Shown here: positions 10,332 through 19,188 of the stretch, piece by piece
How positions within the stretch are numbered: the stretch's first letter is position 1
Layout of the letters: each line of letters starts with the position of its first letter
From: Vicinamibacteria bacterium
GTDB taxonomy: Bacteria > Acidobacteriota > Vicinamibacteria > Marinacidobacterales > Marinacidobacteraceae
Direction of reading: 5' to 3'
NCBI GenBank assembly: GCA_964291235.2
Contig: OZ219815.1
Coordinates: forward strand, 96,001 to 160,000
Length of the DNA stretch: 64,000 nt
Translations under genes and position numbers: made by a program
The notes under the pieces: model-generated
Told to the model about the DNA's origin: nothing
Databases searched by the model: none
What the model saw: only the letters and a program-made list of their open reading frames with translations

Positions 10332-12187
10332 GACGCGATCTCCAGGCGGGCCGCCGGGTCCGATCCGGCGCGGGTCACCAGCCGGACTTCCTGGCTCGCC
10401 GGCTTCCCCCCGGAAGGCGGACCGCCGCCGGGAGACCCGGGCGGGCGCCGGCGGGTTCCCGGAATCCGCGCCGCCTGCGCCAGCCGTTCCCGGGCCTCCG
10501 CGAAAGCCTCGGCGACCGGCGCGGCGTGAGCGGCATTGGCGATCCGGACGCGCTCCGCGGCCTCCATGACTTCGAAGAGGCCCTGCTCGTGATCCCTTTC
10601 CCATGTCGTCCTTTCCCCCTCCTTGCGGTCGGGCAGGGCCGGAAGCCAGGGCGCGCTCCAGCGGGCTGGAGGTGGATCGTGAGAGAGCCGCCGCTGGCGG
10701 TTCGACTCTCGGAAGTCCTCGATGGCGCTTGCCCCGGCCGCCGCCGCGAGCCGGAGGAGTTCCGCCTCCCGGGCCAGCAACCGGCGTCTCGCCGCATCGA
10801 GACCGGTCAACCGGCCCCCGAGAGCCAGCAGTTCCGCTTCCGCGTCGCCGAGCCGCTGCCGGTGATCGCGCTCCTCGTCCTCCAGCTTCCGCAGGGAATC
10901 CGCGTACTCCGCCTGGAGCGCCCGCGCCGTTTCCTCCCGCGCGGCGTGCAGGCGGGCGAAATGGGGGATCGGCTCCCGGCCGCCAAACCATTTCCAGGCG
11001 GCCAGCAGCAGGGCGGTGAACCCGATGCCGAGCAGCAGCAGGGAACGCCACCCCTCGAATCTGCCGGCGAGCGGATCCTCGACCAGCACCAGACCGCCCC
11101 CTTCCGCCCGGTAGCCGACGCTGCCGGCGGCAAGCTGCCGCACCGAGTCCAGCGAATGGTCGTCCGGCGGCGCCTCGGCCGGATGGTCCACGAGGCTCGC
11201 GCCGGGACGCCACCAAAGGAACTGGGCCCGCAGTTCGCCGATCACCGCCTCCTCGACGCTCAGGGGCCGCGGCGGGTGGGGATCGGCGCCGAGCGCCGCC
11301 TGCCCCGCGCCGGCGTCGATGTCGTCGAGATCGAGGACGGCGGCGGCGCGTGACGCGTCGAGCGCCTGGACTGCGTCCCGGTAGTGGGCGAAACCGAAAT
11401 GGAGCAACCCCGCGAGGAAGAGGCAGGGCAAGAGGGCTCCGGCCAGAAGCAGCCGCCGGCCGGTTCCCGCTCCGAGCATCCGGCGGAAGATCAGATCGCC
11501 GATCACCCAGCCCAGCAGGCCGACGTTCATCCCGGTCACCAGGGCGGCGAACAACCAGTTCGAAACCACCCCCTCGGTGGACGCGGCGTGCAGGAGGAGC
11601 CCGTTCGCGGTGGTCTCGGCCACGGCGACGGCGAGCAGCAGCCATATCCAGCCACGGGAGGGCGGCTGGGGGGTGGCGTAGTCGGGAAGCTGGCGCGCCC
11701 GCCGGAAGCCGGCGAGCTCCTTCGCGGCGGTCTGCGACCGCAGGTAGCGGGCGTCGAGCCGCTGGCAGGCGGCCTGAACGTCGGAAAGCGCCAGCCGGCG
11801 CTCTCTTTCCCGGACGGTTCCGGCGTCGATCCGGACGGCCCGGGTCCGCGCCTCGTGCTGCGCTGTCTGCAGCCGACCGAGCGCCCCGTCGGCGAGGCCG
11901 CGAATCCTGGCGATGGCGTCCTGGAAGCGGCCCTCAACCCGGCGTTCCCCGGGAGAGGGAGCCGTCGCCGCCGACGTGGGAATGCCCTGACGGGCTTCCT
12001 CCCCGGCGTCCGCCCGTTCGCCGGCGGTGAGGACGGGATCGGGGACAACCCCGGAGCCTTCCCGGAACGGATCGAACGCATCGAGTCCGCCGTCGGCATC
12101 GGCCTCCGGCGCGCCGGCGGAATCCGCCGTGTCGCCGCGGCCGCCCTCGCGGCGGGATCTCCTCGAAAAACGGACTCGGATGCTCAT
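10328..12187 (-). CDS. Hypothetical membrane protein, about 4 TM helices with coiled coils
   Basis: ATG at 12187; four hydrophobic segments flanked by Ala/Glu/Arg-rich helical regions. Confidence 0.7.
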   Translation of the reverse strand: MSIRVRFSRRSRREGGRGDTADSAGAPEADADGGLDAFDPFREGSGVVPDPVLTAGERADAGEEARQGIPTSAATAPSPGERRVEGRFQDAIARIRGLADGALGRLQTAQHEARTRAVRIDAGTVRERERRLALSDVQAACQRLDARYLRSQTAAKELAGFRRARQLPDYATPQPPSRGWIWLLLAVAVAETTANGLLLHAASTEGVVSNWLFAALVTGMNVGLLGWVIGDLIFRRMLGAGTGRRLLLAGALLPCLFLAGLLHFGFAHYRDAVQALDASRAAAVLDLDDIDAGAGQAALGADPHPPRPLSVEEAVIGELRAQFLWWRPGASLVDHPAEAPPDDHSLDSVRQLAAGSVGYRAEGGGLVLVEDPLAGRFEGWRSLLLLGIGFTALLLAAWKWFGGREPIPHFARLHAAREETARALQAEYADSLRKLEDEERDHRQRLGDAEAELLALGGRLTGLDAARRRLLAREAELLRLAAAAGASAIEDFRESNRQRRLSHDPPPARWSAPWLPALPDRKEGERTTWERDHEQGLFEVMEAAERVRIANAAHAAPVAEAFAEARERLAQAARIPGTRRRPPGSPGGGPPSGGKPASQEVRLVTRAGSDPAARLEIAS

Positions 12188-12319
12188 GGATAACCGCCTT
12201 CCCCCGGAGGCGGGCACACCGAACCCCGGGTTTCCCTCCCCTTACGAAGGCGGAGCCGCTCTGGTTCGCAGAACGTGGCGGGTCACCCTCCGCCACGCGT
12301 AAGAAAGGCACGGGAGCAC

Positions 12320-12417
12320 TACGCCGTCCCCGTTTGGGTGGGTGCCGTGCGGCGAGCTGCAATACGTGAGTTTCGCGGCCTTCGGCCGCGATGCCGGCCG
12401 GAGGCCGGCGCTCCTAC
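12320..12417 (-). repeat. Partial REPIN-like element
   Basis: Contains CGCCGTCCCCGTTTGGGT and GAGTTTCGCGGCC...GCGATGCCGGCCGGAGGCCGGCGCTCCTAC, shared with the 54.4 kb array. Confidence 0.7.
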
Positions 12418-12436
12418 TGCGACATGTTCCCGCGAG

Positions 12437-12907
12437 CTAGTCCCTACGTTCCCAGTTCCCGACGATCCTGGTTCCTTCGCCGCCCGGCGCCCAGATGACG
12501 AGGGCCCGGACCTGCCCCCCGTCCGGCGAGGTGATGTGGTTCACCTCGGACGGCGGACGGACGAAACCGAGGTCCCCGGGGCCCAGGATCTGGGAGACCC
12601 CGTCCACCACGTGCTCGAGTTCGCCCTCCAGCACGTAGAAGATCTCGGTGGCCCCGTGCGGGTGGCTCCCGGAGTTGGCCCCCGGTGGCCAGGTGATCTC
12701 CCCGATCTGGATCTCGCTTCCACCCAGGTTGGACTCCGAGAGCAGGAGTTCGATCTCGGTGCCGCCGGTGCTGACCCACGTTCCGAGATCCGCGTTCTGG
12801 ACGGCCACGGACGATCGTCCCATGGCGAAGCCGGCGGCGAGAGCGAGTCCCGCGGCGAGGAAGACCGCGAGCGCGGCGCGGCTTTTGCCAGCGGCTGTCA
12901 AGTTCAT
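12437..12907 (-). CDS. Exported cupin domain protein
   Basis: HPHGATEIFYVLEG cupin motif 1 and a later His; ATG overlaps the S9 peptidase stop. Confidence 0.85.
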   Translation of the reverse strand: MNLTAAGKSRAALAVFLAAGLALAAGFAMGRSSVAVQNADLGTWVSTGGTEIELLLSESNLGGSEIQIGEITWPPGANSGSHPHGATEIFYVLEGELEHVVDGVSQILGPGDLGFVRPPSEVNHITSPDGGQVRALVIWAPGGEGTRIVGNWERRD

Positions 12908-14976
12908 GGATCGGTCTCCCGGGCCGGCTCGCGTGTGTAGCGCGAGAACCAGTCCAGCATGTAGAGCTGGGTGCGGATGAAGTTGGAGGGCTGGGAACTC
13001 GTCCCGTGGTACTCGTCGTAAAAGCGCACCATCTCGGTCGGCACCCCCACCGCCTTGAGCGCCTGGTAGTACTCCTCGGTCTGGCTCATCGGCGTCCGCA
13101 GGTCGAGTTCGCCGGTCATCAGCAGCGTGGGGGTGGTGACCCGGTCCACGTACATGAGCGGCGAGTGCTCGAGGTACTTCTCGGCGTTGTCCCACGGGAA
13201 GCCGTGGTAGCGGTTGTAGCCCCAGCGCACGATGTCGGCGGTCCCGGCGAAGCTCATCCAGTTGACCACCGGACAGCGCACCGAGGCGGCGGCGAAGCGG
13301 TTCGTCTGGCCAATCACCCACGAAGAGAGCACGCCTCCCCCGCTACACCCGGTCACGTACATCCGGCTCTCGTCCACGGAGCCACGCTCGATGGTGGCGT
13401 CCACCCCGGCCATCAGATCGTCGTAATCCACGCTCGGGTAGCCGTTGTCGATGGCGTTCCCGAAATCGGTGCCGTAGCCGGTGCTGCCCCGGGGGTTCGT
13501 GTAGAGCAGGAGGTAGTCGTTGGCGGCGAAGTTCTGGAAGGAGCTGTTGAAGCCCACGTTGTACATGCCGTGGGGACCGCCGTGGATGTAGAGAACCATC
13601 GGATACTGCCGCGCGGGATCGAAGCCGGGGGGCTTGATGACCCAGCCCTGCACCCGCGCCCCGCCCGTCGAGTCGTACCAGATCTCCTCCACGTCACCCA
13701 GCTCGATCCCGGTGAGCACGTCGTCATTCACGGCGGTGATCCGGGTGGTTTGGGACGGATCGGAAACCGGGAAGACGACCACGTCCGCGGGCTCGTGGAA
13801 GGAGGTCTTCACCGCCGCCGCGACCCCGGTCTCGGAGATGGTGTTGACGGTGAGCATGTGGGTGCCCTCGGTGACCGGGCTGGTGCCGCCGTCGAGCGAC
13901 GCCACGTGGAGGTTCCGGGAGCCCCGATCGTCAGCGGTGAAGTAGATCCGGTCGCTCTCCGAGCCCCAGATGGGATTCGTGGCGTCCCGGTCGAGGCTTG
14001 CCGAGAGGGAACGCATTCCCGAGCCGTCGAAACCGATGACCTGGAGGTCGCTCACCTTGTAGGTCTGCTCCGTCCAGTCGAACCCGCCGAAGGCGATGTG
14101 CTCGCCGTCGGGCGACACCACCGGACCGGCCCACGGGCCGCGCTTTTCCGTGATCTGCCGGATGGCGCCGGTGGCGAGGTCCACGAAGTGGATGTGCGAC
14201 TCGCGGTAGCGGAGGTCGGCGTCGTCCACCCGGGAAGCGTCAAAGACCAGTCCCTTGCCGTCGGGCGTCCAGTCGAGGCCGGCGCCGTAGTCGAGCCCCA
14301 CGGCGCCACGGGAACCCACGTGCCAGGAACCCTCGGTCAACTGGCGCGCCGCACCGCCGTCAGCGGGGACGACGAAGAGGTGCCGATACCCCTCCTCGAG
14401 AAAACCCACCCGGTCCTGCCGGAAGTGCATCTTGCGGACGATCCGCGGGGTCTTTGTCCACCGGGCGCCCTCCGGCGAGCGCGGCATCGAGGGAAGGTCC
14501 CACGTTTCCGGAGCGGCGACCATCCGGGTGAAGGCGATGAGCCCCGAGTCCGGCGACCAATGGATGTCGCGCGGCGTCGGACCGTCGCGGGTGACCTGCG
14601 ACGTTGCGCCCTCGGCGTCCATCCAACGGACGAAGATCTGGTTGCCCCCGCCGGACTCCCCGTCCCCGGTGCTCGCCAGATACGCGATCCGGGTTCCGTC
14701 CGGCGACCACACCGGGCCCGACCCCTTGGTCAGGAAGCGGTTCCGGCTGCCGTCGGCGCCGACGATCCAGAGTTCGGAGGCCCAGCGGTCCTTCGTCTGG
14801 TCCACGTGACTCCGGGTGTAGATGACGACCGAGCCGTCCGGAGAGATCGCCGGGCCGCTCACCCGTTCCCAGTCCAGGATGTGCGACGCGGCCAGCCGAC
14901 CCTCGCCCGCGATCTCCTGGGCGCCGGCGCCCCCGGCGATCAACAACGCGGCAAGCGCGATCAAGACGTTTCTCAT
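12904..14976 (-). CDS. S9 family peptidase (acylaminoacyl peptidase-like)
   Basis: Signal peptide, WSPDG propeller repeats, IHGGPH, GCSGGG nucleophile motif, DLRTP and EYHG. Confidence 0.93.
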   Translation of the reverse strand: MRNVLIALAALLIAGGAGAQEIAGEGRLAASHILDWERVSGPAISPDGSVVIYTRSHVDQTKDRWASELWIVGADGSRNRFLTKGSGPVWSPDGTRIAYLASTGDGESGGGNQIFVRWMDAEGATSQVTRDGPTPRDIHWSPDSGLIAFTRMVAAPETWDLPSMPRSPEGARWTKTPRIVRKMHFRQDRVGFLEEGYRHLFVVPADGGAARQLTEGSWHVGSRGAVGLDYGAGLDWTPDGKGLVFDASRVDDADLRYRESHIHFVDLATGAIRQITEKRGPWAGPVVSPDGEHIAFGGFDWTEQTYKVSDLQVIGFDGSGMRSLSASLDRDATNPIWGSESDRIYFTADDRGSRNLHVASLDGGTSPVTEGTHMLTVNTISETGVAAAVKTSFHEPADVVVFPVSDPSQTTRITAVNDDVLTGIELGDVEEIWYDSTGGARVQGWVIKPPGFDPARQYPMVLYIHGGPHGMYNVGFNSSFQNFAANDYLLLYTNPRGSTGYGTDFGNAIDNGYPSVDYDDLMAGVDATIERGSVDESRMYVTGCSGGGVLSSWVIGQTNRFAAASVRCPVVNWMSFAGTADIVRWGYNRYHGFPWDNAEKYLEHSPLMYVDRVTTPTLLMTGELDLRTPMSQTEEYYQALKAVGVPTEMVRFYDEYHGTSSQPSNFIRTQLYMLDWFSRYTREPARETDP

Positions 14977-15074
14977 GGGACTGCCTCCCTTTCGGGTCAG
15001 AGAGTGTGGGGGCTCGGTCGCTCGTTCACAACCCCGGACGCGGAGGAGTCCGGCTGCCTGGCGGCCTCCGCAAC

Positions 15075-15482
15075 TCAGCCGCTCGGGTACGGGGGTGGCG
15101 GCGGAGACCCAATCTGGCCGGGGACCGCGGCCACGACGGGACTGGGGCCGTATTGGTTGTGTCCGCTATCGCCCTTCTGCACCATGAACCACAACATGGC
15201 CAGGGCGGCGACCCACCCGATGAAGGGAATCCAGCTTGCGGCGTTGAGCAGAACCCACCAACCGGTCCGGTTCGTGTCGTGAAGCCGACGGATCGTCACC
15301 GCGAGACCGGGTACGAAGAGGACCGTCCCCAGTACGAACAAGAGCGGCCCGAACCACGCTGCCACCATCGCGACCAGGAGCGTGAAGACGAAGAACCACC
15401 AGTACTCCGCCCGCGAGGCCCGTCCTTCGAAGGACGCAAACTTCCGGAACAGACAGGTCTTGACCGCTTCCGGGAATCCCAC
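15075..15482 (-). CDS. DUF805 membrane protein
   Basis: FEGRASRAEYWWF, LAVTIRRLHDTNRTGWW, NQYGPSP; GTG start inferred. Confidence 0.88.
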   Translation of the reverse strand: MGFPEAVKTCLFRKFASFEGRASRAEYWWFFVFTLLVAMVAAWFGPLLFVLGTVLFVPGLAVTIRRLHDTNRTGWWVLLNAASWIPFIGWVAALAMLWFMVQKGDSGHNQYGPSPVVAAVPGQIGSPPPPPYPSG

Positions 15483-15655
15483 AACGGAAGCAGTACAACA
15501 CACTTGGGCGAATCGAAAAGCGGCCTCGCCGCCTCGCCTCGGGCATAAGCCGACCCTGGCAACTCCCCGCGGGAGTCCACCTGCCGCGGAACAATGGCGG
15601 GGGCCGGTTCGTTTGCCTGATCCAATCCACTCCACACTCCCGAGGAGGAGCCTTC

Positions 15656-16042
15656 ATGGACCGCGTTTGCCACTTCGAGATCCCCTTCGCCGACAAACCG
15701 CGCGCCACCGCCTTCTACGAGAAGGTGTTCGGTTGGCAGTTCATCGACGTGCCCGGCGAAGCGCCCTACACCTTCGCGATCACGACCCCGGCGGACGAAC
15801 AGGGGAATCCAGAGACGCCCGGCGGGATCAACGGGGGGATGTTTCCCCGCGAGGACGGAGGAGGCGCCCAGTCTCCGGTCCTGATAATCGAGGTTGCCTC
15901 GTGCGAGCAACGCGTGCGCGAGGTCGAGGTCGCCGGCGGCGAAATCCTGGTCAGGCCCACCCAGATCCCGAACATGGGGATCTACGCCCAGTTCAAGGAT
16001 CCGGAGGGCAGCGTCCTCGGTCTCTGGCAGCCGCTCGCCTGA
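15656..16042 (+). CDS. VOC/glyoxalase family protein
   Basis: VCHFEIP, FYEKVFGW, GINGGM, FKDPEG; AGGAG RBS. Confidence 0.9.
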   Translation: MDRVCHFEIPFADKPRATAFYEKVFGWQFIDVPGEAPYTFAITTPADEQGNPETPGGINGGMFPREDGGGAQSPVLIIEVASCEQRVREVEVAGGEILVRPTQIPNMGIYAQFKDPEGSVLGLWQPLA

Positions 16043-16072
16043 TCCGAGGCGGCGCACGCCGCGCCCGCGGTT

Positions 16073-16498
16073 TCAGCGCTCGTCGGGCGGGGGCGGAGCG
16101 CCAGGCCGGGAAAGGCCGAGCGAGCTGTCCGGCACCGGATCGGGTCCGTACCGGTTCTCGCCGACACTGCCCTTTTGCAGCGTGAACCACAGCATGACCA
16201 GGGTCGGGATTACCACGGCCCACCAGCGGGCGCCCGGAATCCAACCAACGAGGGAGAGAAGGGCCCACCAACCGGACCGGTCCGTGTCGTGAAGCCTCCG
16301 GACCGTCACGGCCAGTCGAGGCAAGAAGATGATTCCGGTCAGCAGGTATTCAATGGGATCGCTGCGGCTCAGGTCCGCCGCGCCCACTACCGAGGCGCCG
16401 AAGAGAAAGAACCACCAGTACTCGGCCCGGGACGCGCGCCCCCGGAACTCGAAGTACTTCTGGAACAGGCAGATGCGGACCGCTTCGGCGAAGCTCAT
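16073..16498 (-). CDS. DUF805 membrane protein (second paralog)
   Basis: FRGRASRAEYWWF, LAVTVRRLHDTDRSGWW, NRYGPDP. Confidence 0.9.
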   Translation of the reverse strand: MSFAEAVRICLFQKYFEFRGRASRAEYWWFFLFGASVVGAADLSRSDPIEYLLTGIIFLPRLAVTVRRLHDTDRSGWWALLSLVGWIPGARWWAVVIPTLVMLWFTLQKGSVGENRYGPDPVPDSSLGLSRPGAPPPPDER

Positions 16499-16542
16499 CT
16501 GCGGGCAGCGGGATGGAGACGGACGCCGGGCGCCCGGCCCGG

Positions 16543-16929
16543 TTACCCGAAGACCTGCTCCAGCAGTCCCTGGTTGTAGCCGACCACCAGCCGGTCGCCG
16601 ACCCGCATGGTGGGCGCCCGGAGCTTCCCGGAACGACCGAGCAGCAGGTCCGTGAGACTCGCGTAACTGCCGACCAGCGCCCCGGTCAGCGCCGCATCAT
16701 CCGGACGTCCGGCGCCAAGGTCGATGCGCTCGACCTTCCGGCCCTTGGCCACCAGGAGTTCGCGTACGCCCTCCAGCAGGGTGAGGGCCTCATCGCCCCG
16801 GATCGGGGCTTTGTTGGCGTTTTGGATCTCCCCGTCGGGGATGTTGTGGACCGCAAGAAACTCCTCGGTGCGCTTGCAGCTCGTTCACCCGGGGCGGTGA
16901 TACCGCCAGCTCAGGTTCGTGCCGGCCAC
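16543..16929 (-). CDS. ArsC/Spx-like thioredoxin-fold protein, probable selenoprotein (UxxC)
   Basis: GAGGAG RBS then GTG; MAGTNLSWRYHRPG-TGA-TSCKRTEEFL continues in frame into ORF 16543..16752 (AKGRKV...GKLRAPTMRVGDRLVVGYN). TGA at 16885-16887. Confidence 0.8.
16850..16880 (-). promoter_or_regulatory. Candidate bacterial SECIS hairpin
   Basis: Just 3' of the UGA, GCUGCAAG can pair with CUUGCGGU (two G-U pairs) around CGCACCGAGGAGUUU. Folded by eye only. Confidence 0.5.
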
Positions 16930-16931
16930 GG

Positions 16932-17417
16932 TTACTCCTCCTGGACGCGGTCGTAGATGGCGTGCGTCACCCGGGTGATCTTGCCGTCGGCGTCGAGCCG
17001 GACGTATTCGTTGTCGATCCGGTTGCCGTCTTCGGAGAGCGTGTTGATGATCACCTGGTACACGGCGCCGTTTCGCATGTTGGAGATACGGGTGCTGCGC
17101 TCGTCCACGACCTCGACTGCCGTCTCGGAGTTCTCGATCCCCTCGACCGGGCGAAAGACGCCATCGAACATCGTCACGTAGCTCCACACCGATGCGTTGC
17201 CCTCGGCGTTCGTGGTGGCTACCTCGATGCTCATGCCCCCGTCGCCATGGGCCGCGTAGGTCATGACGTTCTTGTAGGGCGGCGGGTTGTCGGAGCGCAA
17301 CCTCCAGACCCCGAAGCGCGGGTTGGAATCAGTGCCGTCCTGGGCGGCGGCGCAGGCCGCGAGGCCCAAACCCAGGGAGAGCATGGCGAGAACCGCCGGG
17401 AACCGCGTAAGACGCAT
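16932..17417 (-). CDS. Hypothetical exported beta-strand-rich protein
   Basis: Signal peptide with LAAC, GVW motif near the N-terminus, TAA stop 2 nt before the ArsC-like start. Confidence 0.7.
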   Translation of the reverse strand: MRLTRFPAVLAMLSLGLGLAACAAAQDGTDSNPRFGVWRLRSDNPPPYKNVMTYAAHGDGGMSIEVATTNAEGNASVWSYVTMFDGVFRPVEGIENSETAVEVVDERSTRISNMRNGAVYQVIINTLSEDGNRIDNEYVRLDADGKITRVTHAIYDRVQEE

Positions 17418-17478
17418 GGATGGATCCTCCTGATGGGAGGCGGGATTCTGTCAGACGCGCGCGGCGGACCGCGCCAGG

Positions 17479-19074
17479 CTATGGACCCGGGACGGGCCGC
17501 AGACCCCGGCCGGCGAGCGCTCCGGTGTGTTCCCCGGCGCGGATGGCGAACTCCCCGTTCACCAGGACGTGCACGGTTCCCTCGGAGTACTGGTGCGGCT
17601 CGTCGTAGGTCGCCCGGTCGCGAATCCGCTCTGGATCGAGGATCGCGATGTCCGCCTTCATCTCCTCCCGCAGGAAGCCGCGGTCGGGAAGTTCGAGGAA
17701 CTCGGCGGCCAGGCCGGTCATGCTCCGGATGGCGAAGGCCATCGAGATCCGTTCTCCATCGAGGACGTAGTCCCGGAGCTTCTTGGTGAACGCGCCGTAC
17801 ACCCGGGGATGGCCGACCGGAATATCCGGCTCGATGTCGCGGCCGTCGGTGCAGGTCATCATCCAGTCCTGTTCGGCGAGGTAGCCGGTGTTGACCGGGT
17901 CGTAGAGGCCGACGTTCATGACCGAAGCGTTGCCCTCGGCGAGGATCCGGCGCGCCGCTTCCGGAGCCGGTACGCCCCACTCCTCGGCGAGCTCCGCGAG
18001 GGTTCGCCCGTTCAGGTGCGGCCGCGAATCGGAGAAGCGAATCTTGTCGGCGCCCCCCCGGATCGCCAGCATCTCGGCGGTCGCCTCGTCGAGGACGCGG
18101 GCGGTGTCGGGATCGTCGAAGCGGTCGAGCATGGCGTCCCGGCCCCCGGCCGAGGCCCAGCGGGGAACGGTGTAAGCGCGGAGACTCGACTGGGTCGCGG
18201 TATAGACATGCTGCGCGCCGAACACCGGCACGCCTCGCTCGCGGGCGGCTTCGATCAGGGCGGCCCCTTCCGGCGCCCGGCCGTAGTTTCGGGCGCCCTG
18301 GGCGTTGAAGTGGCTGAAGATGACCTTGGTCCCGGACTCCTCACCGATGCGGATGGCTTCCTCGATGGAGGCGAGGTAGCCGAAGCTCGGATAGGCGGCG
18401 CCGAGGTCGCGGTCGTGGGTGTCGTAGATCGCCGGGGAGTATTCCGCCGCCACCCGCGCCAGCTCGATGACTTCCTCGGTGGTCGCGTAGTTCCCGGGAA
18501 TGTAGAAGAGACCGCTGGAAAGACCGAAGGCGCCCTCGTCGAGGCCCTGACGCACCAGGTCGCGCATTCGACCCAGTTCTTCGTCCGTAGGGGCCCGGTT
18601 TTCCTCGCCGAGCACCCGGCGCCGCACTGCCCCGTGACCTACATAGGTCAGACCGTTGACGCCGATGCCGCTCGCTTCCCAGCCGGCGAGGGTCTCGCCG
18701 ACATCGGGGGAACCGCCGCCATCCGCTCCCACCACCACGGTGGTGATCCCCTGGTAGAGGAACGGCAGCGCCTCCTTCGCCCACTCCTGCCCGATCTGGG
18801 AGTGGGAGTGCATGTCGATGAATCCGGGCGTCACGATCAGGCCGGCGGCGTCCACGGTCTCGCTGGCGGTCACTCCCTCGGCGCCGGCGTCGCCGACGAA
18901 GGTGATCCGGTCGCCGGTGATCGCGACGTCCGCGGCGAAGGGCTCACCGCCGCTTCCGTCATGGACCAGGCCGCCGCGGATCAGCAGATCGTGCGGAGCG
19001 TCGCCGCAGGCGCCGGCGAGCAGCGCCGCGAGCAGCACGGGCGAAAGGACGAGAAAGCGGTTCCGGAAGGGCAT
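17479..19074 (-). CDS. N-acyl-D-amino-acid deacylase family amidohydrolase, lipoprotein
   Basis: LAGAC lipobox, PGFIDMHSH, GLSSGLFY, HPRVYGAF, ADIAILDP. Confidence 0.88.
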   Translation of the reverse strand: MPFRNRFLVLSPVLLAALLAGACGDAPHDLLIRGGLVHDGSGGEPFAADVAITGDRITFVGDAGAEGVTASETVDAAGLIVTPGFIDMHSHSQIGQEWAKEALPFLYQGITTVVVGADGGGSPDVGETLAGWEASGIGVNGLTYVGHGAVRRRVLGEENRAPTDEELGRMRDLVRQGLDEGAFGLSSGLFYIPGNYATTEEVIELARVAAEYSPAIYDTHDRDLGAAYPSFGYLASIEEAIRIGEESGTKVIFSHFNAQGARNYGRAPEGAALIEAARERGVPVFGAQHVYTATQSSLRAYTVPRWASAGGRDAMLDRFDDPDTARVLDEATAEMLAIRGGADKIRFSDSRPHLNGRTLAELAEEWGVPAPEAARRILAEGNASVMNVGLYDPVNTGYLAEQDWMMTCTDGRDIEPDIPVGHPRVYGAFTKKLRDYVLDGERISMAFAIRSMTGLAAEFLELPDRGFLREEMKADIAILDPERIRDRATYDEPHQYSEGTVHVLVNGEFAIRAGEHTGALAGRGLRPVPGP

Positions 19075-19188
19075 CGGCGTGAACAGCCTGTAGCAAAACC
19101 CCCGCGGCGTTCAAGCGGCGAGAACCGGATATCCCCGGATGGGACAATACCGGCCGCGCCGGACGGCGCCCGAACCGGAGGAACCCGC

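Noticed and set aside
13006-15282. Long antisense ORFs such as 13006..15282, 58288..59838 and 61556..63337
   Set aside because: Typical stop-poor shadow frames of high-GC genes with no recognisable motifs.
17527-19188. N-terminal extension of the 958-aa plus-strand ORF
   Set aside because: Antisense to the amidohydrolase; an RBS and signal peptide place the start at 19189.
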